From Actinomycetes bacterium (lineage in GTDB: Bacteria; Actinomycetota; Actinomycetes; S36-B12; UBA5976): a stretch of 49,206 nt of DNA. The DNA is taken from positions 1-49,206 of the forward strand of contig JBAXRV010000004.1 in NCBI GenBank assembly GCA_037131045.1, given 5' to 3'. The notes beneath the pieces were generated by a model. It searched no databases and had not been told where the DNA came from. It saw only the letters and a program-made list of their open reading frames with translations. The position numbers and the translations under genes are program-made. Shown here piece after piece: positions 8,998 to 18,369 of the stretch (positions are counted from its first letter, which is position 1; each line of letters opens with the position of its first letter).

Positions 8998-11679
8998 ATG
9001 ACCAATTCGCCAGCAGCTCGATATGCGGCGGCGAAAACTAGAGTTAAACAGTCGGCTACTTTGCTGGGTGAATTTCGAGAGTCGTTGCCTTTCCCGCTGG
9101 ATAGTTTCCAAGTTCAAGGCTGCGAAGCGATTCAGGACGGTCATAGTGTTTTGGTGGCGGCGCCCACGAGTGCCGGAAAAACGATAGTTGGTCAATTCGC
9201 CGTATACACAGCATTGGCTGGGCAGTCGAGGTGTTTCTATACAACTCCGATAAAGGCACTGTCGAATCAGAAGTACAACGAATTTGTCGAGATCTTTGGT
9301 GCAGAACACGTCGGCTTGCTCACAGGCGATAACAGCATCAATGGTGATGCATCAATCGTTGTCATGACAACAGAAGTTCTACGCAACATGCTGTACGAGA
9401 ATTCAACAGGATTGCGCAATTTATCTCACGTGGTTATGGACGAAGTTCACTATTTAGCTGATCGCTCTCGAGGGGCAGTGTGGGAAGAAGTCATTATTCA
9501 CCTACCACAGGGCGTAGCAGTTATAGCTTTGTCGGCAACGGTAAGCAACGCTGAAGAGTTTGGGGATTGGCTCGGTACTGTACGGGGTGACATTCAGGTT
9601 GTTGTTGAAGAAATTCGACCAACACCATTACATCAACATGTTCTGGCAGGCCGCGACATGTATGACCTCTTTACTGATGTGCGTTTGATGAAAGTAAATC
9701 CTGACCTTGCCCGAATTGCACATAACGAGCGAATGAATCAACGCGGAAAATTTCACAGTAGGTACACCCCACGCCGGGCAGATGTGATTGAGATGTTGGC
9801 GCGAGAAGACATGCTCCCATGTATCACTTTTATTTTTTCGCGTGCGGCGTGTGACGATGCCGTTCAACAATGCTTAGCATCGGGGCTGCATCTGACAACT
9901 CGGGAAGAAGTATTAAAAATCCGTGGAATTGTTGACTCGCGTTTTGCTGATGCTGATTCCGAGGAACTTCGCGTTCTCGGTTACGCTTCGTGGCTAGAGG
10001 CTCTCGAACGAGGAATAGCTGCTCACCACGCAGGAATGCTTCCGGCCTTCAAAGAGGTAGTTGAGTCGCTATTTCAGCAAGGTTTCGTTAAGGCGGTTTT
10101 TGCTACGGAAACGTTAGCGCTAGGCATCAACATGCCGGCGCGTAGCGTTGTGCTCGAGAAACTCACCAAATGGAACGGCACTGTTCATGCACCTGTGACT
10201 CCAGGTGAGTACACCCAACTCACAGGTCGAGCTGGTAGACGCGGAATTGATACTCAAGGCCACGCCGTTGTTGTGTGGCACCAAGGCATGGACCCGAATG
10301 CGCTGGCCGGCTTGGCAAGTACACGCACCTATCCATTGCGTTCAAGTTTCCGTCCGTCATACAACATGGCTATCAATTTGATCGGAAAAGTGGGAACGCA
10401 CCGAGCCAGAGAATTGCTCGAATCTTCGTTTGCACAATTTCAAGCAGACCAGTCTGTTGTGGGACTAGCGACACAATTGCGCAAGACAGAGGATGCCCTA
10501 GATGGCTATGGACAAGCAGCGACGTGTCATCTGGGTGATTTTTCGGAATACATGAATTTGCGTAATGAGTTGTCGCAGTTGGAAAAGAATACGGCGCGTG
10601 ACGGAGTTCGTGAGCGTCGTTATGCGGCTGTGACGTTTCTCAATGAGCTCACACGTGGTGATGTGATAGTTGTTGACACCGACCGCCGATCCAGCGTTCC
10701 CTATGTAGTTCTTGACGAAGCTCGTGATTATGAAGATCCCCGGCCGCGCGTGATGTCCGTTAATAAGCAGGTGCAACGCTTAGCGTTCTCAGACGTAGGT
10801 GACAATGGGCGAGTAGTCGGTCGTGTGAACATTCCACCAACTTTTGATTCTCGCTCTGCAAAAGGCAAAACATGGCTCATTGAGCAAATGCGCGCTGCCT
10901 CGAAGTCTGCACCACCGGTAGTGCATGAGTCCAAAAGTGACTCTCGTACAGAGATCGAAATGACTCGTCTACGTCGGGCATTGCGAGCACATCCTTGCCA
11001 TGGCTGTAATGACCGTGAAGATCATGCCCGCTGGTTTGAACGTATGTTCTCGACACAACGTGAGATTCGTAAACTGGAATCCAAGGTTGAGACTCGGACC
11101 AGTTCGATTGCTCGGGAATTTGATCGGATTTGTGATGTTCTCACGCATCTGGGATATCTGGTTCGTACTGGCACCGAGCACACAGTAACCGAGGCAGGTC
11201 ACGTACTAGGCCGGATTTATTGCGAGCGTGACTTATTAGCAGCAGAGTGCCTACGTCGGGGTTTATGGAAAGATCTAGAACCCGATCAATTTGCAAGTGT
11301 TGCATCTACATTGGTTTATGAATCCCGACGTGATGATGAGGAAGATGGTCCGGCATTACCTGAGGGAAACCTGGGCGAGGTTATTGATGAGATGCTACAC
11401 ATTTGGGGTGAGCTCAAAGATATCGAAAACCAATACCGTACCGACTACTTGCCTGATGTTGATTTGAGTTTCGTATGGCCCATGTTGCGCTGGGGTAGAG
11501 GACAGGCAATTACCAGAGTGCTACGCAACACGGATGTGCAGCCCGGAGATTTTGTCCGCTGGACCAAGCAGGTCATCGACATCATCGGCCAACTTAGTAT
11601 TGCGACTGACTCTCCCGAGTTGGCGACGACTGCACGCCAGGCGATGGGCGCCCTGGATAGAGGAATCGTGTCTTGGTGA
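8998..11679 (+). CDS. helY: Ski2-like DEAD/DEAH-box RNA helicase HelY
   Basis: Motifs APTSAGKT, YTTPIKALSNQK, MDEVH, LSATVSN, FATETLALGINMPA and QLTGRAGRRG; C-terminal GDFVRW..QVID..RGIV. Confidence 0.95.
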   Translation: MTNSPAARYAAAKTRVKQSATLLGEFRESLPFPLDSFQVQGCEAIQDGHSVLVAAPTSAGKTIVGQFAVYTALAGQSRCFYTTPIKALSNQKYNEFVEIFGAEHVGLLTGDNSINGDASIVVMTTEVLRNMLYENSTGLRNLSHVVMDEVHYLADRSRGAVWEEVIIHLPQGVAVIALSATVSNAEEFGDWLGTVRGDIQVVVEEIRPTPLHQHVLAGRDMYDLFTDVRLMKVNPDLARIAHNERMNQRGKFHSRYTPRRADVIEMLAREDMLPCITFIFSRAACDDAVQQCLASGLHLTTREEVLKIRGIVDSRFADADSEELRVLGYASWLEALERGIAAHHAGMLPAFKEVVESLFQQGFVKAVFATETLALGINMPARSVVLEKLTKWNGTVHAPVTPGEYTQLTGRAGRRGIDTQGHAVVVWHQGMDPNALAGLASTRTYPLRSSFRPSYNMAINLIGKVGTHRARELLESSFAQFQADQSVVGLATQLRKTEDALDGYGQAATCHLGDFSEYMNLRNELSQLEKNTARDGVRERRYAAVTFLNELTRGDVIVVDTDRRSSVPYVVLDEARDYEDPRPRVMSVNKQVQRLAFSDVGDNGRVVGRVNIPPTFDSRSAKGKTWLIEQMRAASKSAPPVVHESKSDSRTEIEMTRLRRALRAHPCHGCNDREDHARWFERMFSTQREIRKLESKVETRTSSIAREFDRICDVLTHLGYLVRTGTEHTVTEAGHVLGRIYCERDLLAAECLRRGLWKDLEPDQFASVASTLVYESRRDDEEDGPALPEGNLGEVIDEMLHIWGELKDIENQYRTDYLPDVDLSFVWPMLRWGRGQAITRVLRNTDVQPGDFVRWTKQVIDIIGQLSIATDSPELATTARQAMGALDRGIVSW

Positions 11680-12584
11680 AAACCTATTTTGATACTGCAA
11701 CGCTGTATTACCGTGCTTTCCACGCGGTCCCTGAAAGCATTGTTGCTCCAGATGGCACACCATCAGGTGCGGTGCGTGGATTTCTGGACATGGTCAGCAC
11801 GCTGCTTACGCAATTTCCTGCGGAGGAAGTGGTCTTTGCTTGGGATGATGACTGGCGCCCGGCCTGGCGAGTTGCGCTAATACCAAGTTACAAAACGCAT
11901 CGAGTTGAGGAAGTCGGTGCTGATGATGAGGCCGAATCGGTGCCCGATCTGTTATCACCTCAAATTTCGGCGATTGCAGAGATTCTTGATTGCATTGGTT
12001 TAGTAAGGCTTGGGCAGGTTGGACACGAAGCCGATGACATTCTTGGCGCTCTGATTGCGCAACGCGGAGGACCTGCACATGTTGTCACAGGTGATCGGGA
12101 TCTGTATCAGCTAGTGAGTGACGTGCGCCATACGGATGTTGTGTCAATTACTAAAGGTGTGAAAAATCTTGAAGTGATTACTGATGACGTGTTACGAGGA
12201 AAATACTCTGTGACAGGCGAGCAGTATGCGGGATATTCCGCGTTACGAGGTGACGCATCGGATGGGTTGCCTGGAGTTAAAGGTGTGGGAGAGAAAACGG
12301 CCGCTACTTTGATTACGCAGTGGGGTTCGCTCTCCGGAGTTCTGGCTGCCGCGACAAATCCAGAATCTGGATTGAAAGAATCGCTGCGATTAAATCTGGC
12401 GGCACATGAGGAGTACCTTGCCGCTGCATTAAAAGTTGTCACTGTGCGCACCGATGCACACTTGCCAAAAGTGCTACGAGTTCCCAAACACATCGCCGAT
12501 CCTGAGCGTCTCACATTTTTGACTAATGATTGGGGTATCGAAAAACACGTTGCCAGACTGCTCAAAACCATAGGCATTCGGTAA
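11676..12584 (+). CDS. Stand-alone 5'-3' exonuclease / flap endonuclease (Rv2090/FenA-like)
   Basis: Motifs D..LYYRAFH, WRVALIPSYK, EADD, TGDRDLYQL and LRGDASDGLPGVKGVGEKTA (H3TH); GTGA overlap with the helY stop. Confidence 0.9.
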   Translation: MKTYFDTATLYYRAFHAVPESIVAPDGTPSGAVRGFLDMVSTLLTQFPAEEVVFAWDDDWRPAWRVALIPSYKTHRVEEVGADDEAESVPDLLSPQISAIAEILDCIGLVRLGQVGHEADDILGALIAQRGGPAHVVTGDRDLYQLVSDVRHTDVVSITKGVKNLEVITDDVLRGKYSVTGEQYAGYSALRGDASDGLPGVKGVGEKTAATLITQWGSLSGVLAAATNPESGLKESLRLNLAAHEEYLAAALKVVTVRTDAHLPKVLRVPKHIADPERLTFLTNDWGIEKHVARLLKTIGIR

Positions 12585-12594
12585 CCTAGTCCTT

Positions 12595-13689
12595 GTGAGT
12601 ACATATTCAGAACGAATCAGCCGAGTGGCTTCCGCGCTCGCACAGACTGAAACTGACACTATTTTTGTCACTCCCAGCGCTGATCTGAAGTACCTCACTG
12701 GTTACTCTGCGCTCCCTTTAGAACGGCTTACGTGCCTAGCGATTAGTGCCACGGGTAAAACGTGGATGATTGTTCCAACTCTTGAGCGCCCGTCTGCTGA
12801 AGCACACAACGTGGAAATGTATGGAATTGAACTTCTAGATTGGAATGAGACCGAAAATCCATATACAAAACTGGCATCAGCGGTTGGAGCAGTGGCAAAG
12901 CCGCTGGTCAATAACTTGATGTGGGTCGAAAAGGCCTGGCATTTACAGGCTGCATTTGGGGTCAACGTAGAACTGGCGAATCATGTGCTTTCCGATATTC
13001 GAGCTGTGAAGACAGTCGATGAAGTTGCAGCGTTGCATGAGGCGGGCCGTGCCATTGATTCCGTGCATTCTCAGATGGGGCAGTGGCTACGCCCTGGCCG
13101 AACTGAACGCGAAGTTGGGCGAGACATTGCTGATGCAATCTTGCAGTCAGGTCACACAACCGTCGATTTTGTCATTGTGGCTAGCGGGCCAAATGGCGCA
13201 AGTCCGCACCATGAAGTCTCAGATCGAATCATTAACGCAGATGAGCCAGTTGTCGTTGACATTGGTGGCACCATGCCAAGCGGATATTGCAGTGATTCGA
13301 CGAGGACGTACGTTTGTGGGCAAGCACCTAAGCAATACCGCGCCTACTATGACGCGCTGCAGGAAGCACAACGCGCGGCAGTTGAGTATGCCCGTCCAGG
13401 AGTGTCTTGCGAATCAGTTGACACTGTAGCTCGCAACATTTTGAAAGACCATGGGCTTGGCGATTACTTTATCCATCGCACAGGCCACGGAATTGGTATG
13501 GAAACTCATGAAGAGCCCTACATTGTTTCGGGAAACCGCCAAATTCTTGTTTCTGGTCATGCGTTCTCAATTGAGCCGGGGTTCTACATCCCAGGAAAAT
13601 ATGGCGCACGCATCGAAGACATAGTGACGTGTAATGACACTGGAGTGGACAACGCAAATAACACGCCACGTGATTTAGTGTCCTTGTAG
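12595..13689 (+). CDS. Xaa-Pro dipeptidase/aminopeptidase, M24 family (PepE-like)
   Basis: Creatinase N-terminal domain plus PHH, VVDIGG, YCSDSTRT, HRTGHGIGMETHEEP and IEPG..GARIED. Confidence 0.9.
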   Translation: MSTYSERISRVASALAQTETDTIFVTPSADLKYLTGYSALPLERLTCLAISATGKTWMIVPTLERPSAEAHNVEMYGIELLDWNETENPYTKLASAVGAVAKPLVNNLMWVEKAWHLQAAFGVNVELANHVLSDIRAVKTVDEVAALHEAGRAIDSVHSQMGQWLRPGRTEREVGRDIADAILQSGHTTVDFVIVASGPNGASPHHEVSDRIINADEPVVVDIGGTMPSGYCSDSTRTYVCGQAPKQYRAYYDALQEAQRAAVEYARPGVSCESVDTVARNILKDHGLGDYFIHRTGHGIGMETHEEPYIVSGNRQILVSGHAFSIEPGFYIPGKYGARIEDIVTCNDTGVDNANNTPRDLVSL

Positions 13690-13694
13690 CACAG

Positions 13695-15209
13695 ATGGCT
13701 TTTCGTAAAATACTCTTCGCAATTGTTAGCGGCTACTTATGTTATTTAGCCAGTCGCCCCCACGAATGGTTCTTAGCCATATTGGGTTGCGCAATATTTG
13801 CGTTTACCTTGACTGATGGATCACGTCGAAACCGACTGATCCACTCTGTGGTATTTGCAGCCGCGATGTACATTCCATTGCTCACATGGATGAAGACATT
13901 GGGTGTCGATGCTTGGGTATTGATTTCTTTGCTCAGCATCCTGCCATGGCTGCTGCTTGCGTTACTTCCAACCCTTGATAAGAGTCTGCGTTCCATTGCA
14001 AACTACTCATGTGCCGTTGTACTCATCGAGTACGTACATTCGGCTGTTCCATTAGGCGGATTCCCATGGGGACTCCTGGCGTACACGCAACTGGATGGTC
14101 CGCTGATCTGGCTGGCTCGCCTCGGATCGCAGTATGCAGTGTCGTTCGCTGTTGTCTTCGTCGGTCTCATGATGTGGCGTGCCTACTCCTTGAAAAGTGT
14201 GCGAGCTTTGGGTGTGCTCGCTATAGCCTGCGGGGCGGGTGCAGTGTTATTCGGCGCGACCAACGCCCAAACAACGACGCTCAAGGTGGCAGCTATTCAA
14301 GGCAATGTTCCGCGGCTGGGTTATGACCCGTTTACGCAAGCGATGTTTGTAACAGAGAATCACATTGCGCAAACAAATAGTTTCATTGCCGACATAGCGC
14401 ACGGAAATGCCGTGCAACCCGATCTTGTCATCTGGCCAGAAAATGGTGTTGATGGCGACCCGCTGTCTGCGGCAAACTCAGAGTTGTTTAACCGGATACA
14501 AACCATGGTGAATGAGCTCAATGTGCCTGCAATTATTGGTGCTTTGATTTTGGACAGCGCGGCGCTCAGGCCTACAAATTCTGGGCTCCTGTGGCAGCCT
14601 GCACAGGAAAAGATTCCTGGAAGTGAAAGTTTTACTCATGCAGGAGTGGCGCAGCGTTACGACAAAATTCATCTTGTTCCGTTCGGTGAGTACATACCCA
14701 ACCGCGCATTCTTTACGCAGTACATTGGCCGACTCGGGCAGGTTCCCGTTGATTTTAGGCCTGGCTCAGTTCCGGGGATTTTTGATGTCGGATCGCTAAA
14801 AGTGGGTGACGTGATTTGCTTTGAGATTGCATACGACGATCATGTACGAGCAACTCTGGCAACAGGCGCATCGTTACTAGCGGTGCAGTCAAACAATGCA
14901 ACTTATGCCCACACAGAACAGCCACGTCAACAACTGGCCATTACTCGCTTTCGCGCAATTGAACATCAACGTTCCACAGTTGTCGCCACCACAACTGGCT
15001 ACTCAGCTGTGATTCGACCCGATGGAAGTTTGCTTGATGTGTCACGTGAGATGACTGCAGATGTTGTTTCAGGAGAAGTTCCGTTGAACTCGGCCAAGCA
15101 AATCAGCGATTACCTCAGTGATTGGATTGTCGTATTCTTTGCCTGCTACCTTGGCTTGACGCTGCTGAGTATCCGAAGAAATAGTAAGGGGGCAACATGG
15201 ATCAGATAA
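13695..15209 (+). CDS. lnt: Apolipoprotein N-acyltransferase
   Basis: Multi-TM N-terminus with GGFPWG; nitrilase-fold triad motifs IWPEN, YDKIHLVPFGEY and ICFE; QGN. Confidence 0.93.
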   Translation: MAFRKILFAIVSGYLCYLASRPHEWFLAILGCAIFAFTLTDGSRRNRLIHSVVFAAAMYIPLLTWMKTLGVDAWVLISLLSILPWLLLALLPTLDKSLRSIANYSCAVVLIEYVHSAVPLGGFPWGLLAYTQLDGPLIWLARLGSQYAVSFAVVFVGLMMWRAYSLKSVRALGVLAIACGAGAVLFGATNAQTTTLKVAAIQGNVPRLGYDPFTQAMFVTENHIAQTNSFIADIAHGNAVQPDLVIWPENGVDGDPLSAANSELFNRIQTMVNELNVPAIIGALILDSAALRPTNSGLLWQPAQEKIPGSESFTHAGVAQRYDKIHLVPFGEYIPNRAFFTQYIGRLGQVPVDFRPGSVPGIFDVGSLKVGDVICFEIAYDDHVRATLATGASLLAVQSNNATYAHTEQPRQQLAITRFRAIEHQRSTVVATTTGYSAVIRPDGSLLDVSREMTADVVSGEVPLNSAKQISDYLSDWIVVFFACYLGLTLLSIRRNSKGATWIR

Positions 15210-15961
15210 TAGCTCGCCCCTTGGGGAAAATTCTTGTAATCATACCTACCTACAACGAACTCGACAATATCAACATCGCTGTCGCGCAAGTGCGTGATCA
15301 TTGTCCGCATGTCGACATCTTGGTAGCTGATGACAATTCGCCAGATGGTACTGGAAATACAGCCGATGAGATTGCCAAAAATGATGCGCAAGTCCAGGTA
15401 CTGCACAGAACGGCCAAAGAGGGTTTGGGTGCTGCCTATCTTGCAGGATTTGCATGGGCGCGCGCAAACGGATATGACGTTGTTGTCGAAATGGATGCCG
15501 ATGGTTCACATCGCGCGCAAGATTTGCCAGGAATTTTAGAAGCGCTGAAAACAGCTGATGTTGTTTTGGGTTCACGCTGGATCAAGGGTGGGCGAGTGGT
15601 GAACTGGCCACTGCGTCGCAGGTTGTTATCACAGGGCGGAAACTTGTATACCCGCATCATGTTGGGCATGCCAATTTCTGATGCCACGGGTGGATTCCGA
15701 GCCTTGAGGATGACGTCACTTGAAAAAATGAATCTCTCTGATGTAGCAAGTCAAGGATATTGTTTTCAAGTTGACTTGGCTTATCGTGCAGTACTCGCTG
15801 GCCTACGTGTTGTTGAAGTACCGATTGTGTTTCTCGAACGCGAGCGCGGACAAAGCAAGATGGATCAAGCAATTGTTACTGAAGCGTTGAAGCGCGTGAC
15901 ATTGTGGGGAATTACAAAACGAAAAAATCAGATCACTGCGCTATTTGGACGCGGTGCCTAA
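15197..15961 (+). CDS. ppm1: Polyprenol monophosphomannose synthase (GT2)
   Basis: Motifs IIPTYNE, DDNSPDGTG, EMDADGSH and GYCFQVDL; adjacent to lnt as in other actinobacteria. Confidence 0.9.
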   Translation: MDQIIARPLGKILVIIPTYNELDNINIAVAQVRDHCPHVDILVADDNSPDGTGNTADEIAKNDAQVQVLHRTAKEGLGAAYLAGFAWARANGYDVVVEMDADGSHRAQDLPGILEALKTADVVLGSRWIKGGRVVNWPLRRRLLSQGGNLYTRIMLGMPISDATGGFRALRMTSLEKMNLSDVASQGYCFQVDLAYRAVLAGLRVVEVPIVFLERERGQSKMDQAIVTEALKRVTLWGITKRKNQITALFGRGA

Positions 15962-16016
15962 ATTACATAAGGCGAAGAACCGATAGGCGAGTGTGGTCAC
16001 TGCCCTGCTATCTACA

Positions 16017-16060
16017 CAAAAGATCGGTGGGACCAGCGACCCCCCGCTGACCCCACCGAG
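16017..16060 (-). terminator. Intrinsic terminator downstream of rbpA (possibly also serving convergent ppm1)
   Basis: On the - strand, TCGGTGGGGTCAGCG pairs with CGCTGGTCCCACCGA (15-bp stem with two G-U pairs), followed by TCTTTTTG. Confidence 0.8.
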
Positions 16061-16078
16061 TCCAAGTGTTCTGCGCAA

Positions 16079-16417
16079 TTAGGCAGAACGTGTTGCTGCG
16101 CCTCGTATCAATTCCAAACGTTCACGAAGCAGCGCCTCGAGATCCTTGACAGATCGCCGTTCCCGAAGCATGTCCCAGTGAGTTCTCACGTGCTTTTGGG
16201 GTGTGGCTAACTGCAGTGCAGCACCTACGCGACCGGCCACTTCACCACAGGAGCATTCCCAGGTATCGGGTATCTCATCTGCTTCGAGTGCGAACGGAAG
16301 TGTCGTGTCGTGTCCCTGTGAACACACATACGTCGTGAGAAGTCGAGGTGCCAATTCACCTGAGTCGACCTCGTAGCTGGTTGCGCCCAGCCGGGTTCCA
16401 CGCATTGATTCAGCCAT
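16079..16417 (-). CDS. rbpA: RNA polymerase-binding protein RbpA
   Basis: Motifs MRGTRLGATSYE, C..GH...F...IPDTWEC.CG and RTHWDMLRERRS.DLE.LL.ERL; conserved position next to ppm1. Confidence 0.95.
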   Translation of the reverse strand: MAESMRGTRLGATSYEVDSGELAPRLLTTYVCSQGHDTTLPFALEADEIPDTWECSCGEVAGRVGAALQLATPQKHVRTHWDMLRERRSVKDLEALLRERLELIRGAATRSA

Positions 16418-16517
16418 CTAAATAACCACCCCTCGTAGCTGTTCGCCAGTGAAAGTCACTGACGTGTTGTATGAATACCCATGCAATCAGGGGGTAAACG
16501 GGGGTAATGGTCAAGAA

Positions 16518-16545
16518 ATGGTACGAGACATCCAAGGATTGTCAA
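16518..16545 (-). promoter_or_regulatory. Putative sigma-A promoter of rbpA
   Basis: TTGACA (16545-16540), 16-nt spacer, TACCAT (16523-16518), about 100 nt upstream of the rbpA ATG. Confidence 0.6.
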
Positions 16546-16555
16546 AGGTTAATAA

Positions 16556-16583
16556 ATCACCGATAAGATACATTATGTCAGGT
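16556..16583. other. Probable chromosomal dif site (XerC/XerD recombination site)
   Basis: ATCACCGATAA-GATACA-TTATGTCAGGT has the 11-6-11 layout and matches the actinobacterial dif pattern as I recall it (..CCGATAA N6 TTATGTCAAGT). It is intergenic and lies where gene orientation switches. Confidence 0.85.
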
Positions 16584-16652
16584 AACGTTGACTAGGCCGA
16601 GAAGGGTTATGGCAGCCACATGTGGCAGCAATCGCCCGTGGAACATCGTGAC

Positions 16653-17096
16653 CTAGGACAGCTGAAGAGTTCCCGCTTCAGACGTGACAGGTGCATCTAC
16701 GACGGCTTGTTGGCCGTCTTTGATCTGGTCATAGTCGGCCTGCGACACCATAAGTACTGGAACATACTTGGCATACATTTCGCCTGCCACAATGGCGCCT
16801 AGCGCCACAATTGCATCGGGTTCAAGCATCACAATGGCCGCTGGGGCTAAATCCGCCCGGATGAGCTCAGCGAATGAATAGGTGCCAGAACTAGAGCCCC
16901 GACCTGACGTCATCACCAATACCCGCCCCGTGACGCTCTGGGTGTGCTGGGGATGGTGGACGTCAATGATTGCGCCATCTAGCCCCACGCCGCCCCAAAA
17001 GGACACAGGGTCGTCCAATTTGAGAACGCGGCCAGATCCGTGACCTTGTGTGACCCGAAATCCCGAGATGCTGCCAGCAGAACTCGCGCTAGCCAT
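16653..17096 (-). CDS. Aconitase X swivel (small) subunit (DUF126)
   Basis: Motifs PVSFWGGV..G.IID.HHP, GRGSSSG and APAAIV..EPDAI.ALGAIVA. The start at ATG 17096 overlaps the large-subunit stop. Confidence 0.88.
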   Translation of the reverse strand: MASASSAGSISGFRVTQGHGSGRVLKLDDPVSFWGGVGLDGAIIDVHHPQHTQSVTGRVLVMTSGRGSSSGTYSFAELIRADLAPAAIVMLEPDAIVALGAIVAGEMYAKYVPVLMVSQADYDQIKDGQQAVVDAPVTSEAGTLQLS

Positions 17097-18369
17097 GAAA
17101 CAGTCTCCGATCCCAGGTGACCTTGCCACTGCGGGCTGATGCCACGCACTCCCCAACGGTGGCCAACACCACATCAATTCCTAAGTTGCCCGGCGCATAG
17201 TGCGCCCACTTTCCAGAATTAGTCATCACAGTTCTGGTGTTAGGTCGAAGGATTGATGTCACGTACGTACAGGTATCGAGCACAAAAGTGACGCCGAGCG
17301 CCTGAAGTGGTTCAACCAGCCCTTCATCTTGAGCAGCTGCAAATACGGTGCGACCTGTTGAGATATAGAAGTCAACATCTTTATGAATTGGTTCACCACC
17401 TATGAGCGCGTTATAGGCTTCACGAATTTCTGAAACGGACGCATGTGGTGTTCCCAAACTCACCGCATCGAGATTTTCTAATGTTGCAGTTGATAACTCG
17501 GCACGAGCATTTGCTATATCGTCTGACGTGATGAAGTGCACAGGCGCATCAGTGTTTGTTCCAAGAGCCTGTTCGAGTGTGTTGGCTTCTGGAGTACGTC
17601 CCACAACATGAAAGAGTGCTACCCCACCCGAGGATGCCGCCGCAGCACCAAGTGCCTTGAGATTGTCTTCTGACACATCTGATGGAAGTCCAACGTAAAC
17701 CGGATTTTTTGTTCCAGCGATGTGGCCACCGATGTATCCCAAAATCGGATATGTGATGTCCATATCGAGTACTTGCTGACTCAAAGCGGTGCAATCCAAG
17801 ACCACGTGTCCATAACGCAAGTGATCAAGATGCAATCCAGCGTATGGTGCTTTACCTGTTATCGCTGATGCGATGTCAAGAAAATCACCGTAGCGATCGG
17901 TACGCGCTCCAAGGACAGAGTTCGCGAACACGATCGCGTTGGATTCAGCCCATGCAATGTTCTCCCCAAGTGCGGGACGCGAATCCATTTGATAAGGCGC
18001 ACACGTCCATGTTTGACGACAGCCAAGCGTGGCGTACGCCTCCATCAGTTCCCGACCGCCTTTTGCCACAGATTTTTCATGATCTGTGTTTTGCAAAATC
18101 AAATTGGGATGAATCAAATCAATTGATCCAACATTCACTGTTGTTGGAACCGTAACCTTGCCGCCAAGCTCAATAAGTTTGTTAGCAAAATCGAGTCCTG
18201 CTTGCCCATAGAAAATGCAGCCATCGATGTGCACCGAGTTCACATCAACGAGTTGACTTGCTCCCCGAACACGTCCCAACTCAGTGATGATGCGCATTGA
18301 CATAGCTACTGCAGGTCCGTGCTTACCGTCGAGCATGTCCTGCTCTTGCGCTGTCAATGTAATTGTCAT
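17089..18369 (-). CDS. Aconitase X catalytic (large) subunit (DUF521)
   Basis: Motifs [55 protein letters not shown] and [12 protein letters not shown]; the ATG at 18369 is in an ATGA overlap with the gcvP stop. Confidence 0.9.
   Translation of the reverse strand: MTITLTAQEQDMLDGKHGPAVAMSMRIITELGRVRGASQLVDVNSVHIDGCIFYGQAGLDFANKLIELGGKVTVPTTVNVGSIDLIHPNLILQNTDHEKSVAKGGRELMEAYATLGCRQTWTCAPYQMDSRPALGENIAWAESNAIVFANSVLGARTDRYGDFLDIASAITGKAPYAGLHLDHLRYGHVVLDCTALSQQVLDMDITYPILGYIGGHIAGTKNPVYVGLPSDVSEDNLKALGAAAASSGGVALFHVVGRTPEANTLEQALGTNTDAPVHFITSDDIANARAELSTATLENLDAVSLGTPHASVSEIREAYNALIGGEPIHKDVDFYISTGRTVFAAAQDEGLVEPLQALGVTFVLDTCTYVTSILRPNTRTVMTNSGKWAHYAPGNLGIDVVLATVGECVASARSGKVTWDRRLFHG

Noticed and set aside
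16575-16600. TGTCAG..TAGGCC as a possible PafBC (RecA-NDp) promoter motif
   Set aside because: The spacing and final base do not fit TGTCRG-N10-TANNNT, no + strand gene follows, and the sequence is better explained as the XerD arm of dif.
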